Assembly (NCBI GenBank): GCA_964525495.1
Contig: CAZGHS010000001.1
Location: 102,263 to 166,262, forward strand
Length of the DNA: 64,000 bases
DNA from: an uncultured Gammaproteobacteria bacterium
GTDB taxonomy: Bacteria; Patescibacteriota; Microgenomatia; JALYQM01
Reading direction: 5' to 3'
Shown: piece after piece, positions 29,111 to 40,042 of the stretch
How positions within the stretch are numbered: position 1 is the first letter of the stretch
Layout: each line of letters starts with the position of its first letter
Position numbers and translations under genes: made by a program
The notes under the pieces: model-generated
Seen by the model: only the letters and a program-made list of their open reading frames with translations
What the model was told of the DNA's origin: nothing
Database searches by the model: none

Positions 29111-29788
29111 TTAATGACCACAATTGCCTCCACAGCCACAACCTTCACCTCCACACGCACAGCCTTCTTCAGTTTCATCACACCCACATCCAACAACAAT
29201 TTCCCAATTCTCTTCTACCTTTTTCCAATCCAAATTCTTCAAAAATGCTTCAATATACTTTGCGCGAGCTGCACCATGATCAATAAAATAAGCATGCTCA
29301 TATGTATCTAAAGCCAAAACAGGAGTCGCGTTCCATACAGGGAATGTATTCTGCGCATCGCCCAGATAGTTAAACAAATATCCATAATCATGATCATACG
29401 CAAGCCATACCCAGCCTCGCGCACCAATAGCAGTCGCTTTCAAATCCTTTTCCCAGTTCTCAAATGAACCAAAGTCTTTAACAATCTGGTCCAACAGTCC
29501 ACCTTCTGGTCGACCACCAGCTCCACCTAAATGACTGAAATAAATCTCATGATTCTTAACGCCGCCGATTGCAAACGTAAGCTCCATTTTCAATTCACGG
29601 ATCAACGAATAAACCTGATTTGCAGCTGCATAATCCTCATCTGTCAAAGCCTTCAATTTCTGAGTTATCTCATTATATTTCTTTACATAGCCTTCATACA
29701 GTTTGTAATGTTCGGTCATAGTCTTTTCGCTAATACCGTCCATTTTCAAACTTTCTTCGCGCAATTTCATTGGTTCCAGCGTTTTCAT
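29111..29788 (-). CDS. Fe/Mn superoxide dismutase with Cys-rich C-terminal tail
   Basis: EHYKLY, NHEIYF, DFGSFE, GWVWL, DTYEHAY; start 29788 with GGAG RBS. Confidence 0.9.
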   Translation of the reverse strand: MKTLEPMKLREESLKMDGISEKTMTEHYKLYEGYVKKYNEITQKLKALTDEDYAAANQVYSLIRELKMELTFAIGGVKNHEIYFSHLGGAGGRPEGGLLDQIVKDFGSFENWEKDLKATAIGARGWVWLAYDHDYGYLFNYLGDAQNTFPVWNATPVLALDTYEHAYFIDHGAARAKYIEAFLKNLDWKKVEENWEIVVGCGCDETEEGCACGGEGCGCGGNCGH

Positions 29789-29866
29789 AAATGCTCCTCC
29801 AGTAACAACATTTGTTATTATCATAATAACAAATTTGACGGCAAACTTGCAACAAGGGCTGTCGTA

Positions 29867-29895
29867 TTGAACAATGTGAAGAAAAAACTTATAGT
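29867..29895 (+). promoter_or_regulatory. Sigma70 promoter for a probably leaderless giant-protein mRNA
   Basis: TTGAAC-17nt-TATAGT, 7 nt before ATG 29903. Confidence 0.6.
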
Positions 29896-29902
29896 AGATA
29901 CA

Positions 29903-32900
29903 ATGAAGAAACATTGCCTAAAATACACACATGAACCAATCAAAAAAGTAACATTTGCACTAAAAAAAATCGCTAACTTTTTGTTTAAAAAACAGATGGT
30001 AATTTCCCGAATACGATTTAATTTGTTTGGTGCAGTAATGTTATCGATTGGAGCAATAATCGGCTCATATGTAACTGTTACAAAAATATTAATCCCATTT
30101 GCATTTGCTTCAGACTCTACACAATCCTGGAATTTTTCCACAAGTGGTGACTATACCCTCTCTGACACATCATTAGCCGAAGTAGCAGGATCTAGTGCAA
30201 AACTAAAAGTACAAAATTATTCTGATGCAGCAAACACTGCAGCTCTTTTTCACTTTGATGAGTCCTCCGGAAACCCCACTGATTCATCGAGCAACGCCAA
30301 CGCAGCAACAGCCAGCAATCTAACTTTTGCTACAGGAAACTTTAACAATGCGGCAGATTTTAACGGATCGACATCAAGCGTATCGGTTGCCGATTCAGCT
30401 TCACTTTCACTAAGCTCGTCAAATACTGTTGAGGCTTGGACAAAGTTTGATTCTTCTTTTTCGGCAGGCAGTCACTCACAGCGCCAAGGTGTAGTCGACA
30501 AAGGCCAATACCAACTTTACTACGACAATGAAACAGGTAAATTAACCTATGAATTAGCTAATTCATCTGCAACATCCTGGACCCAAGTAGCTGGAAATGA
30601 TGTCAATGGAAGCTGGGATCTCGATGGTCAGTTAGCAGCGCATGCAATGACTTCAGTTGGGACAGATTTGTATGTAGGGCTAGGAAATGCTACTGGTGAT
30701 GCTGAAGTCTGGCGCAGAAGTGGTTCGACTTGGACTAAGGTGGGTGGAGATGGACTTAACTCTGGCTGGGCGTCTTTGACTTTTGAAAGCGTGCTATCCC
30801 TGGCCAGCGATGGAACAGATGTCTATGCAGGTTTGGGTATAACTGCGGGTGACGCTGAGGTCTGGAAATATGATGTATCCGAAGGAACGTGGAGTAAAAT
30901 CGGTGGCGACGCAGTTAACTCATCTTGGGCGGTTAATACATATGAAGGTGTGTACTCACTCGTCTGGCAAGGATCGACCCTCTATGCTGGGCTTGGACTA
31001 ACTGCTAACGATGCAGAAGTGTGGTCGTGGAATGGTAGTGCTTGGACCAAGATTGGTGGCGACAGCACCAACTCTGGTTGGACTACTAATTTTGAATATG
31101 CTTACAGTATGGTGCACGATGGCACATACTTATACGCAGCTTTGGGCGCGACGGCTGGAGATGCTGAAATCTGGAGATGGAATGGAACTGCTTGGACACG
31201 AATCGGCGGAGACGCAATTAATTCTAGTTGGGCAGATGCGACGTATGAATTTGGACTAAGTATGACGTATGTTGGAGGCATCCTGTACGCTGGACTGGGG
31301 ACGACGGCTAACGAGGCAGAAGTGTGGTCATGGAATGGTTCTGCTTGGACACAGGTCGGTGGAGATAGTTTGAACTCTGGCTGGACTACTAATTATGAAG
31401 GTGTCTACACGCTTAAGAATGACGGTACAGATGTGTACGCTGGTTTGGGTGCTTCTGGAGGAGACAATGAGGTATGGAAACTCACTGTAGGGACCACTAC
31501 TTGGAGCAAAATTGGTGGAGATGGCACAAACTCCAGCTTTACCAGTACTACTCATACTATCGTTGACACCATGCATTTTATTGGCACGACTCTGTATGCA
31601 GGTATTACCTCAGGAAATGCTGGGCGCACCGGCGAAGTATGGAGCTTTGCCAGCGGCAGTTGGACGCAAATTGGCGGTGACTATATCAATTCGAGCTGGG
31701 GATTTAGAGGATTGCAGGCTGCTAATGTCATGACAGTTTCTGGTTCTTATTTGTATGCAGGTACTGGTACAACTGGCAGTGCTGGTAACGCCTTAGTTTG
31801 GAGATATGATGGAAGTACTTGGACCTTGATTGGAGGACAAGGCATAAATAGCAGCTGGACAGCCAATACGTACGAGGATGTGCTCTCAATGATCAGTCAT
31901 AATGGCACACTGTATGTTGGTCTTGGCTCTTCGGCTAATGAAGCTGAAGTATGGTCGTGGAACGGTAGTGCTTGGACACAAATTGGCGGCGATAATTTGA
32001 ATTCCGGATGGACGACTAACTATGAAGAAGTAAATACATTGGCGACCGATGGAACCTATCTGTATGCTGGACTTGGATTGAGTGCCAATGATGCTGAAGT
32101 CTGGCGTTGGAATGGTACTATATGGGGGAAAATTGGTGGAGATAGTACAAACTCTGGATGGACTACTGGCTTTGACCGAATTACATCAATGGCCATGTAT
32201 GCGGGTCAGTTATATGTTGGACTTGGTTTGACCGCAGGAGAAGCAGAAGTCTGGACTTGGAATGGATCTATTTGGGCGAAGATCGGCGGAGATACGGTGG
32301 GTTCCAGCTGGGATTCAAGCAATTTTGAGCATGTCGACAGCATGATCCCTCTGAATGGTGTGCTGTATGCTGGTCTTGGAACTGGCACGGGAGATGCTGA
32401 GGTTTGGTCATACAATGGAAGTACCTGGACTCAGATTGGTGGAGATGATTTAAATTCTGGATGGACATCGGGAACTTACGAGCGCGTCAGAACTCTTGTT
32501 GCTTACAACGGCGATCTCTACGCAGGCATTGGAAACGGCACCGGTGAAGGTGAGGTCTGGAGATACCGAAGTGGAACTTGGTCTCAGATTGGTGGAGACA
32601 GCTTAAACTCAGGATGGGATAACATTGTTGAAGAAGTTCAGAGTTTTAGTGTGTATCAAGGAAAACTGTACGCAGGATTGGGCAATACACAAAATGTTGA
32701 TGCAGCAATCTGGTCCTATGGGAATAATGCGTACATGCAATCAAGCACCGCTTCTCAAAATACAAGCTGGCACCATGTTGCAGCTACTTATAACGGATCG
32801 ACCATGAAAATCTTTATTGACGGAGTTCAAGACAACTCGACAAGTGCCTCAGTCACCATTCCGGACACTGCGCATAGTTTGCTGCTTGGCACTACCTATG

Positions 32901-35821
32901 CCAGCCGAGAATCCGGTAAGGCACAAGGCTATTTCCAAGGACTGATTGATGAACTTCGCCTTTCTGACACAGCACGAACTACATTTACGACTTCTCCTTA
33001 TACTGCAGCAGCTCAAACTGTCCAACCAACGGCCGCAGTTTTTACTTCAGGAGTTGAAAACTTTGATGACTTTACCGTGTCAGAAACTACCAATGGTGGA
33101 TCAATAAATTATAGATTATCCATTGATGGCGGCACTACTTGGAAATATTATAGTGGAGGTACTTGGACAACATCAGCTTCAACGGCGCAAGTAAATGATG
33201 CAAGCACCATCGATACAAATATTAGTACACTGACTGCAGGCTCAGGAGGTATTCTGTGGCAAGCGGTACTAGATGGTGATGGCACGCAACAAGTTACGCT
33301 CAATAGCGTTTCAATTGGCGCAGTGCATGACTCTACTGTTCCCGTTGCACCTGATACATTAACGTCTTTATCTGCATTAGCCGGTTCAGCCATTACTACA
33401 AATACATGGTATACGCATAGTGGTCCTTATTTCTCATGGAGTGGCGCGACCGACACTGACGGCTCTGGTATTTGGGGATATTATGTTTATTTTGGCACTG
33501 ACAATACAGCAGATCCACAAACAGCAGGAAATTTTCAAGTTGCATCAACATTTACTGCATCAAGTTTATCCAGCGGATCTACCTATTATTTGAGAATCCG
33601 AGCTCGTGATAATGCACAGAATGTGAGCTCTATCTGGTCTGCCTTCACATACAAGTTTGATAGCACTGCTCCAACAAATCCTGCATCGATTACGATAAGT
33701 CCTGCCGGATACTCGGCAACTAATGATTTTACCTTTTCTTGGCCAGCAGGAACTGACGGTTCGTCTGGAATTGCAGGCTATCAATACAAAACTGCAACTG
33801 CGTCAGGATCGCTATCTGACTGGTCGTCAACGACAGCATCAACCAGCATTAATATTCCGAATGCTGCATATCAAACTGATGCAAATACTTTTTATCTAAG
33901 AACGATTGATACTTCGGGTAATATTAGCTCCGAAACTACTGCAACCTACTACTTTGGCGGCGAAGGTCCTTCTCTACCTCAGTTCTTAGCGGTTACACCC
34001 TCTTCAAGTACCACTAACTCATTTGCATTCTCCTGGGATCCTCCTATTACCTTCTCTGGGGATGAAGATGAATTAACCTATTGTTATACAGTCAATACCT
34101 TGCCGACACTTAACTCGTGTACATTTACCAGCGAAGGCGCGACATCACTTTCTGCAAGTTCGTTTGCTACTCAAGTCGGACTTAATACATTTTACTTGGT
34201 GGCAAAAAACCCTGCAACGGCAGGCGGCTCTATTAACTATGGCTCCTATACAAGCGTTACCTTTACTGCCGATACCTCGGCACCTGGAATTCCACAGAAT
34301 CTAGATATTGGAGATATCTCAATTAAAAGTTCTGAAACATGGCGACTAGCGCTATCTTGGAATGCACCTAGCGATACAGGATCAGGTATTTCAAGTTACA
34401 AAATACATAGATCGACAGATGATTCAACCTATTCTTTAATCTCCTCGACAACAGGCCTGTCTTACGTAGATACTGACTTAGAGGAAGAAGAATATTATTA
34501 TAAGATTAAAGCCTGCGATAGCGTTGATAACTGTGGCGCGTTTTCAAGTTCAGTCTCATTGGTACCAACTGGCAAGTATACCGAAGCTGCTGGATTATCT
34601 TCTGGTCCAACGGTTTCAGCTATTACTACCAAGAAAGCGGTGATAAGTTGGGTCACAGATCGCGATTCTGACTCAAAAATTGCATATGGTACAACCTCAG
34701 GATCATACTTCACTTCTGAACCATCAAATTCAACTCAAACAGACGATCACTCAATTACTTTATCTGAACTAACTCCTGGAACAACCTACTACTACAAAGC
34801 TAAATGGACAGACGAAGACGGTAATACAGGAATATCCTCCGAAAAAACATTCGCTACTGACTCAGCACCAACAGTAACTGATCCCAAACTAAAGCGAGCA
34901 GGTTTGACCGACGTAGACTTAGAGTTTAAATTGAAAGGCTCATCAAAAGTGAAAGTGTACTATGGAATCACAACTGCGTTTGGAGGTGTAAAGGAATTAG
35001 CTACCTCTACGTCAGAATCCACCTACACCTTGAATATTGATACTCTTCTATATGGTACTAAGTATTTTTATAAGATTAACGGATTTGATAACGAAGATAA
35101 TGAATACGAAGGAAGTACATTAAGTTTTGAAACACTTCCCCGCCCTAAGATTGCAAATGTACGTATTCAAGAAGTCCGGGGAACCGCCCAAACGACTGCG
35201 CTAATTACCTGGACTACCAATACTGAAACATCCTCAATAGTTACCTATTATCCAAGTGATGATGCAGGCGCCGCTCGAGACGAAGTTAATGTCACCCTAG
35301 TGAAGCAACACCGAGTGGTATTGCGTAATCTGCTACCAAAGCGCGACTATAGCCTAGTAGTAAAAGGACGAGATAAATCTGGAAACGAAGCTGCATCCGA
35401 ACCTCAAAAATTCACAACAGCAACAGATACTCGCCCACCACAGATCCAAGATATGCGCGTCGAAGGCAGCACTCAAGCAGTTCGTGGTGGAAGCTCTCAA
35501 GAACAAACTGCACAATTAGTTGTATCATGGAATACGGATGAGAATTCAACCTCACAGGTCGAGTTCGGTGAAGGCACGGGTACCACATATAGCCAGAAAT
35601 CTCAGGAAGATACGAACCTTACTACAAATCACGTTATAGTTATATCTGGGCTAACTCCATCACGTGTCTATCATCTTCGTGCCCTATCTAAAGACTCAGT
35701 GGGAAATGCGGGAAGCTCCGTTGATACAGTTACTATTACACCAAAGGCGTCAGACAGTGCACTAGATCTAGTTATAACAAATTTACAAGGAATCTTTGGA
35801 TTTATTAATGCACCAAGGTAA
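29903..35821 (+). CDS. Giant surface protein: LamG domain with inserted propeller repeats and multiple FN3-like domains
   Basis: N-terminal TM; LamG halves (FHFDE..TVEAW / WHHVAATY..GLIDEL); 14 repeats; FN3-like repeats (W..P, TYYY). Confidence 0.85.
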   Translation: MKKHCLKYTHEPIKKVTFALKKIANFLFKKQMVISRIRFNLFGAVMLSIGAIIGSYVTVTKILIPFAFASDSTQSWNFSTSGDYTLSDTSLAEVAGSSAKLKVQNYSDAANTAALFHFDESSGNPTDSSSNANAATASNLTFATGNFNNAADFNGSTSSVSVADSASLSLSSSNTVEAWTKFDSSFSAGSHSQRQGVVDKGQYQLYYDNETGKLTYELANSSATSWTQVAGNDVNGSWDLDGQLAAHAMTSVGTDLYVGLGNATGDAEVWRRSGSTWTKVGGDGLNSGWASLTFESVLSLASDGTDVYAGLGITAGDAEVWKYDVSEGTWSKIGGDAVNSSWAVNTYEGVYSLVWQGSTLYAGLGLTANDAEVWSWNGSAWTKIGGDSTNSGWTTNFEYAYSMVHDGTYLYAALGATAGDAEIWRWNGTAWTRIGGDAINSSWADATYEFGLSMTYVGGILYAGLGTTANEAEVWSWNGSAWTQVGGDSLNSGWTTNYEGVYTLKNDGTDVYAGLGASGGDNEVWKLTVGTTTWSKIGGDGTNSSFTSTTHTIVDTMHFIGTTLYAGITSGNAGRTGEVWSFASGSWTQIGGDYINSSWGFRGLQAANVMTVSGSYLYAGTGTTGSAGNALVWRYDGSTWTLIGGQGINSSWTANTYEDVLSMISHNGTLYVGLGSSANEAEVWSWNGSAWTQIGGDNLNSGWTTNYEEVNTLATDGTYLYAGLGLSANDAEVWRWNGTIWGKIGGDSTNSGWTTGFDRITSMAMYAGQLYVGLGLTAGEAEVWTWNGSIWAKIGGDTVGSSWDSSNFEHVDSMIPLNGVLYAGLGTGTGDAEVWSYNGSTWTQIGGDDLNSGWTSGTYERVRTLVAYNGDLYAGIGNGTGEGEVWRYRSGTWSQIGGDSLNSGWDNIVEEVQSFSVYQGKLYAGLGNTQNVDAAIWSYGNNAYMQSSTASQNTSWHHVAATYNGSTMKIFIDGVQDNSTSASVTIPDTAHSLLLGTTYASRESGKAQGYFQGLIDELRLSDTARTTFTTSPYTAAAQTVQPTAAVFTSGVENFDDFTVSETTNGGSINYRLSIDGGTTWKYYSGGTWTTSASTAQVNDASTIDTNISTLTAGSGGILWQAVLDGDGTQQVTLNSVSIGAVHDSTVPVAPDTLTSLSALAGSAITTNTWYTHSGPYFSWSGATDTDGSGIWGYYVYFGTDNTADPQTAGNFQVASTFTASSLSSGSTYYLRIRARDNAQNVSSIWSAFTYKFDSTAPTNPASITISPAGYSATNDFTFSWPAGTDGSSGIAGYQYKTATASGSLSDWSSTTASTSINIPNAAYQTDANTFYLRTIDTSGNISSETTATYYFGGEGPSLPQFLAVTPSSSTTNSFAFSWDPPITFSGDEDELTYCYTVNTLPTLNSCTFTSEGATSLSASSFATQVGLNTFYLVAKNPATAGGSINYGSYTSVTFTADTSAPGIPQNLDIGDISIKSSETWRLALSWNAPSDTGSGISSYKIHRSTDDSTYSLISSTTGLSYVDTDLEEEEYYYKIKACDSVDNCGAFSSSVSLVPTGKYTEAAGLSSGPTVSAITTKKAVISWVTDRDSDSKIAYGTTSGSYFTSEPSNSTQTDDHSITLSELTPGTTYYYKAKWTDEDGNTGISSEKTFATDSAPTVTDPKLKRAGLTDVDLEFKLKGSSKVKVYYGITTAFGGVKELATSTSESTYTLNIDTLLYGTKYFYKINGFDNEDNEYEGSTLSFETLPRPKIANVRIQEVRGTAQTTALITWTTNTETSSIVTYYPSDDAGAARDEVNVTLVKQHRVVLRNLLPKRDYSLVVKGRDKSGNEAASEPQKFTTATDTRPPQIQDMRVEGSTQAVRGGSSQEQTAQLVVSWNTDENSTSQVEFGEGTGTTYSQKSQEDTNLTTNHVIVISGLTPSRVYHLRALSKDSVGNAGSSVDTVTITPKASDSALDLVITNLQGIFGFINAPR
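30578..32720 (+). repeat. 14 intragenic ~50-aa repeats (W-x-x-IGGD-x-x-NSGW...LYAGLG...AEVW)
   Basis: Counted directly in the translation; boundaries approximate. Confidence 0.85.
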
Positions 35822-35832
35822 TTAAAAATTGT

Positions 35833-36609
35833 ATGGATAGTATCATTCAGGTATCACATATTGCGAAATCGTTTCACCTTGGAGTACAGGAGCTTCCTGT
35901 CCTAAAAGATATATCTTTCGAAGTAGAGCGTGGAGATTTTACGCTTATTCTCGGACCCTCAGGTTGTGGAAAATCTACATTGCTCCATACAATTTTAGGA
36001 CTAGAACCACCTTCAACTGGCGATGTGTTCATACTAGGTACAAATCTATATCAAGAACACCCCACAGAAGACGACCGATCTATATTTCGTAAAAAACATA
36101 TTGGAATGGTCTATCAGCAACCAAACTGGATTAAATCATTAAACGTCATGGAAAACGTAGCGTTCCCGTTAGCTCTTGTTGGCATGAATAAAATTGAAAG
36201 CGCTAAAAAAGCATGGGAATTACTGAGTATAGTAGGTATGCAAAATTGGTTAAACCATAAACCAACCGAACTATCTGGAGGACAACAACAACGTGTGGCA
36301 CTTGCCCGCGCCCTGATTAATGACGCCGAGATTATTATTGCAGACGAACCTACAGGTAATCTTGATTACGAATCTGGTCAGCATCTCATGACCATGCTGG
36401 CAGATTTATCAAAAAAAGGAAAAACAATTATCATGGTTACCCACGATCTTGAATACACCAAATTTGCACGAAGCGCAGTCCGTATGTTAGACGGCAAGGT
36501 TGTAGACGTAGTCAGTGGCGATGCGAAATTGAAGTTAGACAGCGAAGTACACGGTAAAAGAGGAACAGATACTCTAGAACCCGTTAAGAAAATCGAGGTG
36601 TCAGGATGA
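35833..36609 (+). CDS. ABC transporter ATP-binding protein (LolD/MacB-type)
   Basis: [30 protein letters not shown]. Confidence 0.93.
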   Translation: MDSIIQVSHIAKSFHLGVQELPVLKDISFEVERGDFTLILGPSGCGKSTLLHTILGLEPPSTGDVFILGTNLYQEHPTEDDRSIFRKKHIGMVYQQPNWIKSLNVMENVAFPLALVGMNKIESAKKAWELLSIVGMQNWLNHKPTELSGGQQQRVALARALINDAEIIIADEPTGNLDYESGQHLMTMLADLSKKGKTIIMVTHDLEYTKFARSAVRMLDGKVVDVVSGDAKLKLDSEVHGKRGTDTLEPVKKIEVSG

Positions 36610-38642
36610 GAATTCTATCATTTCTAAAAAAAACAGGACTCATTGTTCTTAACCTTTTGACGTTTCAGTTTCTTCTAGCAGCGTATCTCCTAAATTCATT
36701 GCTTGTCGTAAACATTCTCCGTATGCCATTCCTACCCAAAAAACTTATTGCTCTAATCGAGCGAATTATCGGTCGGTCATACGATCAAGCAATTAAATTG
36801 TTTGACCGACCAGGTAAGGGAACCATTATGCGCTCTGATTTAATTGAATTAGCAATTCGCAACATGCGTTCAAAAATTACTCGCTCCATTATTACAATAA
36901 GCGGCATGTCGATCGGAATTGGTGCAATAGTTTTTCTAGTATCAATAGGATATGGGATTCAAAACTTGGTAACTACACGCGTTGCACGTCTTGATGAAAT
37001 GCAGCAAGCAGATATCGTTCCACAACCAGGTGGAAAAGTCCAAATTAATGACAAAACCATCTCTGATCTCGAAGCATTACCTAATACAAAACTTGTTCTC
37101 CCACAAATATCAGCCGTAGGAAAAATAACTTTTAATAATGCTGTTTCAGATATGGCAGTCTATGGGGTAACCGCTAGCTATCTCAAACAATCAGCAGTAC
37201 AACCAGTTGAAGGTAAGATATTTGAAAGCAACGATCTAGTTTCTGCGGTATCAACGTTGCCAGACAACAAAGATATAAAAGAATCAAGCGCAAGTGGAGT
37301 TCTCGGAGATTCAATACGAAAAGTCTCGTTTCAAGTATATCCAGATGTATGGGTAAAAATCCGCGAAAAACCAACAAGCACATCACGAATACTTGGCTAT
37401 GCTCGAAGATCAGAGGAAATAACTTACGGCAGTGAGGTCTGGGGCGATTATTACCCTGACGACACATCTCCTAATACAGATGATAATGGAAACAAACTAA
37501 GTAGATGGATATCCGCTGAAATAGAGATCTGGGACAACAAAGCCTGCAGTGATACTGAAACTGGATGTGTTGATGGAAAATATTTAAAACGGGTTGATAC
37601 AGATGGCTTTGGAAAACGCGTTGCAGGATACGTTGCATCCACTTTTTTAGCAGTTTCAGAACCGAATCCAGATGATCCTGCTGTTTTAGGTGTGACCTTT
37701 TCTGAAGTACTTGCCGAGTCTACTGGATCAGGTAGTCTCACGGAAACGCAAGAATCAACGGCATCCGGAGATGCTGCCATCATGGCTCAATTAGCATCAG
37801 AATCTGGAATACTATCAGAAAAACCAGTTAAAAAGATTGCTCTTTCATCTTCTTCGGTAAAAGAAGCCGTTGTTAATTATGCAATGTTAAAAGTCCTAGG
37901 ACTAAAGGAATCCGAAGCAGTAGGTAAAACATTTGACGCATCTTTTGTCTTAACAGGCAACCAGCTTGACGGTAAAGATGATAAGGCAGAATCAGTGCCC
38001 GCTCCCTATAAAATAGTCGGTGTTATCCCTGATGATAAAACGCCATACTTCTACGTACCATTCGTAGATCTTCGTAATCTAGGTGTAATCAATTATTCAC
38101 AGATAAAACTTGTTGCTAAAACTCAGGAAGATCTTCCTAAGCTACGCAAACAAATAGAAGGGTTGGGATATGGTACGCAATCGGTCGTGGATACAGTTGC
38201 CCAGATTAACAGTATATTCGGTACAGCACGAACTATTTTAGCGTTACTTGGAATGGTTGCACTTTCAATTGCGTCGCTTGGCATGTTTAATACATTAACC
38301 GTATCTCTCCTTGAACGTACACGAGAAGTTGGACTCATGAAAGCAATGGGAATGAGATCATCCGAAGTTCGAGAACTATTTCTTACGGAATCAATGATGA
38401 TGGGTATTTTTGGAGGATTATTTGGACTATTAACTGGCTATGTTGCAGGTGAAGGTTTAGGAGTTATTTTGAGTCTTATAGGATTATCAAAAGGAGCAGG
38501 ATATCTAGATATTGCCTATATCCCTCCATTCTTTATAACAATAATTGTTGTGCTCTCACTAGTAGTAGGAATTGCAACAGGAATTTACCCTGCACGTCGA
38601 GCTACAAAAATATCTGCGCTAAACGCATTACGATACGAATAA
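36606..38642 (+). CDS. MacB/FtsX-family ABC permease with large extracellular insertion
   Basis: GMSIGIGAIV, ERTREVGLMKAMG, YPARRA...ALRYE; ATGA overlap with the ATPase. Confidence 0.9.
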   Translation: MRILSFLKKTGLIVLNLLTFQFLLAAYLLNSLLVVNILRMPFLPKKLIALIERIIGRSYDQAIKLFDRPGKGTIMRSDLIELAIRNMRSKITRSIITISGMSIGIGAIVFLVSIGYGIQNLVTTRVARLDEMQQADIVPQPGGKVQINDKTISDLEALPNTKLVLPQISAVGKITFNNAVSDMAVYGVTASYLKQSAVQPVEGKIFESNDLVSAVSTLPDNKDIKESSASGVLGDSIRKVSFQVYPDVWVKIREKPTSTSRILGYARRSEEITYGSEVWGDYYPDDTSPNTDDNGNKLSRWISAEIEIWDNKACSDTETGCVDGKYLKRVDTDGFGKRVAGYVASTFLAVSEPNPDDPAVLGVTFSEVLAESTGSGSLTETQESTASGDAAIMAQLASESGILSEKPVKKIALSSSSVKEAVVNYAMLKVLGLKESEAVGKTFDASFVLTGNQLDGKDDKAESVPAPYKIVGVIPDDKTPYFYVPFVDLRNLGVINYSQIKLVAKTQEDLPKLRKQIEGLGYGTQSVVDTVAQINSIFGTARTILALLGMVALSIASLGMFNTLTVSLLERTREVGLMKAMGMRSSEVRELFLTESMMMGIFGGLFGLLTGYVAGEGLGVILSLIGLSKGAGYLDIAYIPPFFITIIVVLSLVVGIATGIYPARRATKISALNALRYE

Positions 38643-38644
38643 GA

Positions 38645-40042
38645 CTAACCGACGCTGCCTTCCATGTCCATTTGAATCAACCGATTCATTTCAACAGCAT
38701 ATTCCATTGGGAGTTCTCGCAAAATAGGCTCAACAAAACCCTGAACAATCATCGCAGCAGCTTGGTCACCAGATAATCCACGAGACATTAAATAAAACAA
38801 TTGCTCTTCACCAAGTTTTCCAACACTCGCCTCATGTCCGATTGTTACATCCTGCTCATCAATATGCATCGTCGGATACGTATCCGAAATAGAATGATCA
38901 TCCAAAACCAACGCATCACACTTCACGGTCGACTTCACATTCTTACAATTTTTATTCACCTTCAAAAGTCCACGATACGTTGTACGTCCACCATCCTTAC
39001 AAATAGATTTAGAAGTTATTAACGATGTAGTATTTGACGCCAAATGCACAGCCTTTGCGCCAGCATCTTGATGTTGTCCTTTACCAGCAAAAGCTAAAGA
39101 CAATACTTCACCGCGAGCACCTTCTTCTTTCAAATACACGCTTGGATACTTCATAGTCAATTTTGAACCTAAGTTTCCATCAATCCACTCCATAGTCGCG
39201 TCTCGATACACAAACGCGCGTTTTGTGACCAAGTTATACACATTCTGTGACCAATTCTGAATTGTCGTATACCGCACACGTGAACCAGCTAAACAGACAA
39301 TCTCAACCACTGCAGAGTGCAAAGAATTAGTCGTGTAAATTGGAGCGCTACATCCTTCAACATAATGCACAAACGATCCCTCATCAGCAATAATCAATGT
39401 TCTTTCAAACTGTCCTGCGTTCGCTGCGTTAATTCGGAAATATGCCTGCAAAGGAATATCTACATGTACACCTTTGGGCACATAGATAAACGAACCACCA
39501 CTCCACACTGCAGTATTCAACGCCGCAAATTTATTATCTCCAGGGGGAATAATCGTGCCAAAATATTTCTGAACAATTTCAGGATATTCTTTAACTGCGG
39601 TATCTGTGTCAGTAAATATGACGCCCTTATCTTCCCACTGCCCCTTCAAATTATGATAGACGACCTCTGAGTCATATTGTGATGAAACACCCGCTAGAAA
39701 CTTTTTCTCGGCCTCTGGGATACCAATCTTATCAAAGGTCCGTTTAATATCGTCCGGCACATCTTCCCATTTGCGTTCTGTCTTATCCGAAGCGCGCAAG
39801 AAGTAATGAATGTCTTGAAAATCTATTCCAGACAGTTCTCCACCCCACGAAGGCATTTTCTTATTCAAAAAAATCTCGTAGGCTTTCAACCGTATCTGCA
39901 ACATCCAGTCAGGTTCGTTCTTATACTTGGAAATCGCTTCCACTACTTCGCGCGACAAACCCTTCGGCAACTTCACTGAATAATTCTCATCACTCTCAAA
40001 AAAACCGTATTGATATTGTCCGACTGGATTTTGATTACTCAT
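38645..40042 (-). CDS. sufB: Fe-S cluster assembly protein SufB
   Basis: [42 protein letters not shown]. Confidence 0.96.
   Translation of the reverse strand: MSNQNPVGQYQYGFFESDENYSVKLPKGLSREVVEAISKYKNEPDWMLQIRLKAYEIFLNKKMPSWGGELSGIDFQDIHYFLRASDKTERKWEDVPDDIKRTFDKIGIPEAEKKFLAGVSSQYDSEVVYHNLKGQWEDKGVIFTDTDTAVKEYPEIVQKYFGTIIPPGDNKFAALNTAVWSGGSFIYVPKGVHVDIPLQAYFRINAANAGQFERTLIIADEGSFVHYVEGCSAPIYTTNSLHSAVVEIVCLAGSRVRYTTIQNWSQNVYNLVTKRAFVYRDATMEWIDGNLGSKLTMKYPSVYLKEEGARGEVLSLAFAGKGQHQDAGAKAVHLASNTTSLITSKSICKDGGRTTYRGLLKVNKNCKNVKSTVKCDALVLDDHSISDTYPTMHIDEQDVTIGHEASVGKLGEEQLFYLMSRGLSGDQAAAMIVQGFVEPILRELPMEYAVEMNRLIQMDMEGSVG

Noticed and set aside
29531-29914. Apparent long overlap of the SOD and giant-protein ORFs
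   Set aside because: Artefact of upstream in-frame starts; starts at 29788 (-) and 29903 (+) remove the overlap and fit promoter and RBS signals.
30578-32720. CRISPR-like or DNA-level tandem array
   Set aside because: The repeats are degenerate in DNA and conserved only in protein; there is no identical repeat/unique spacer pattern and no cas gene.
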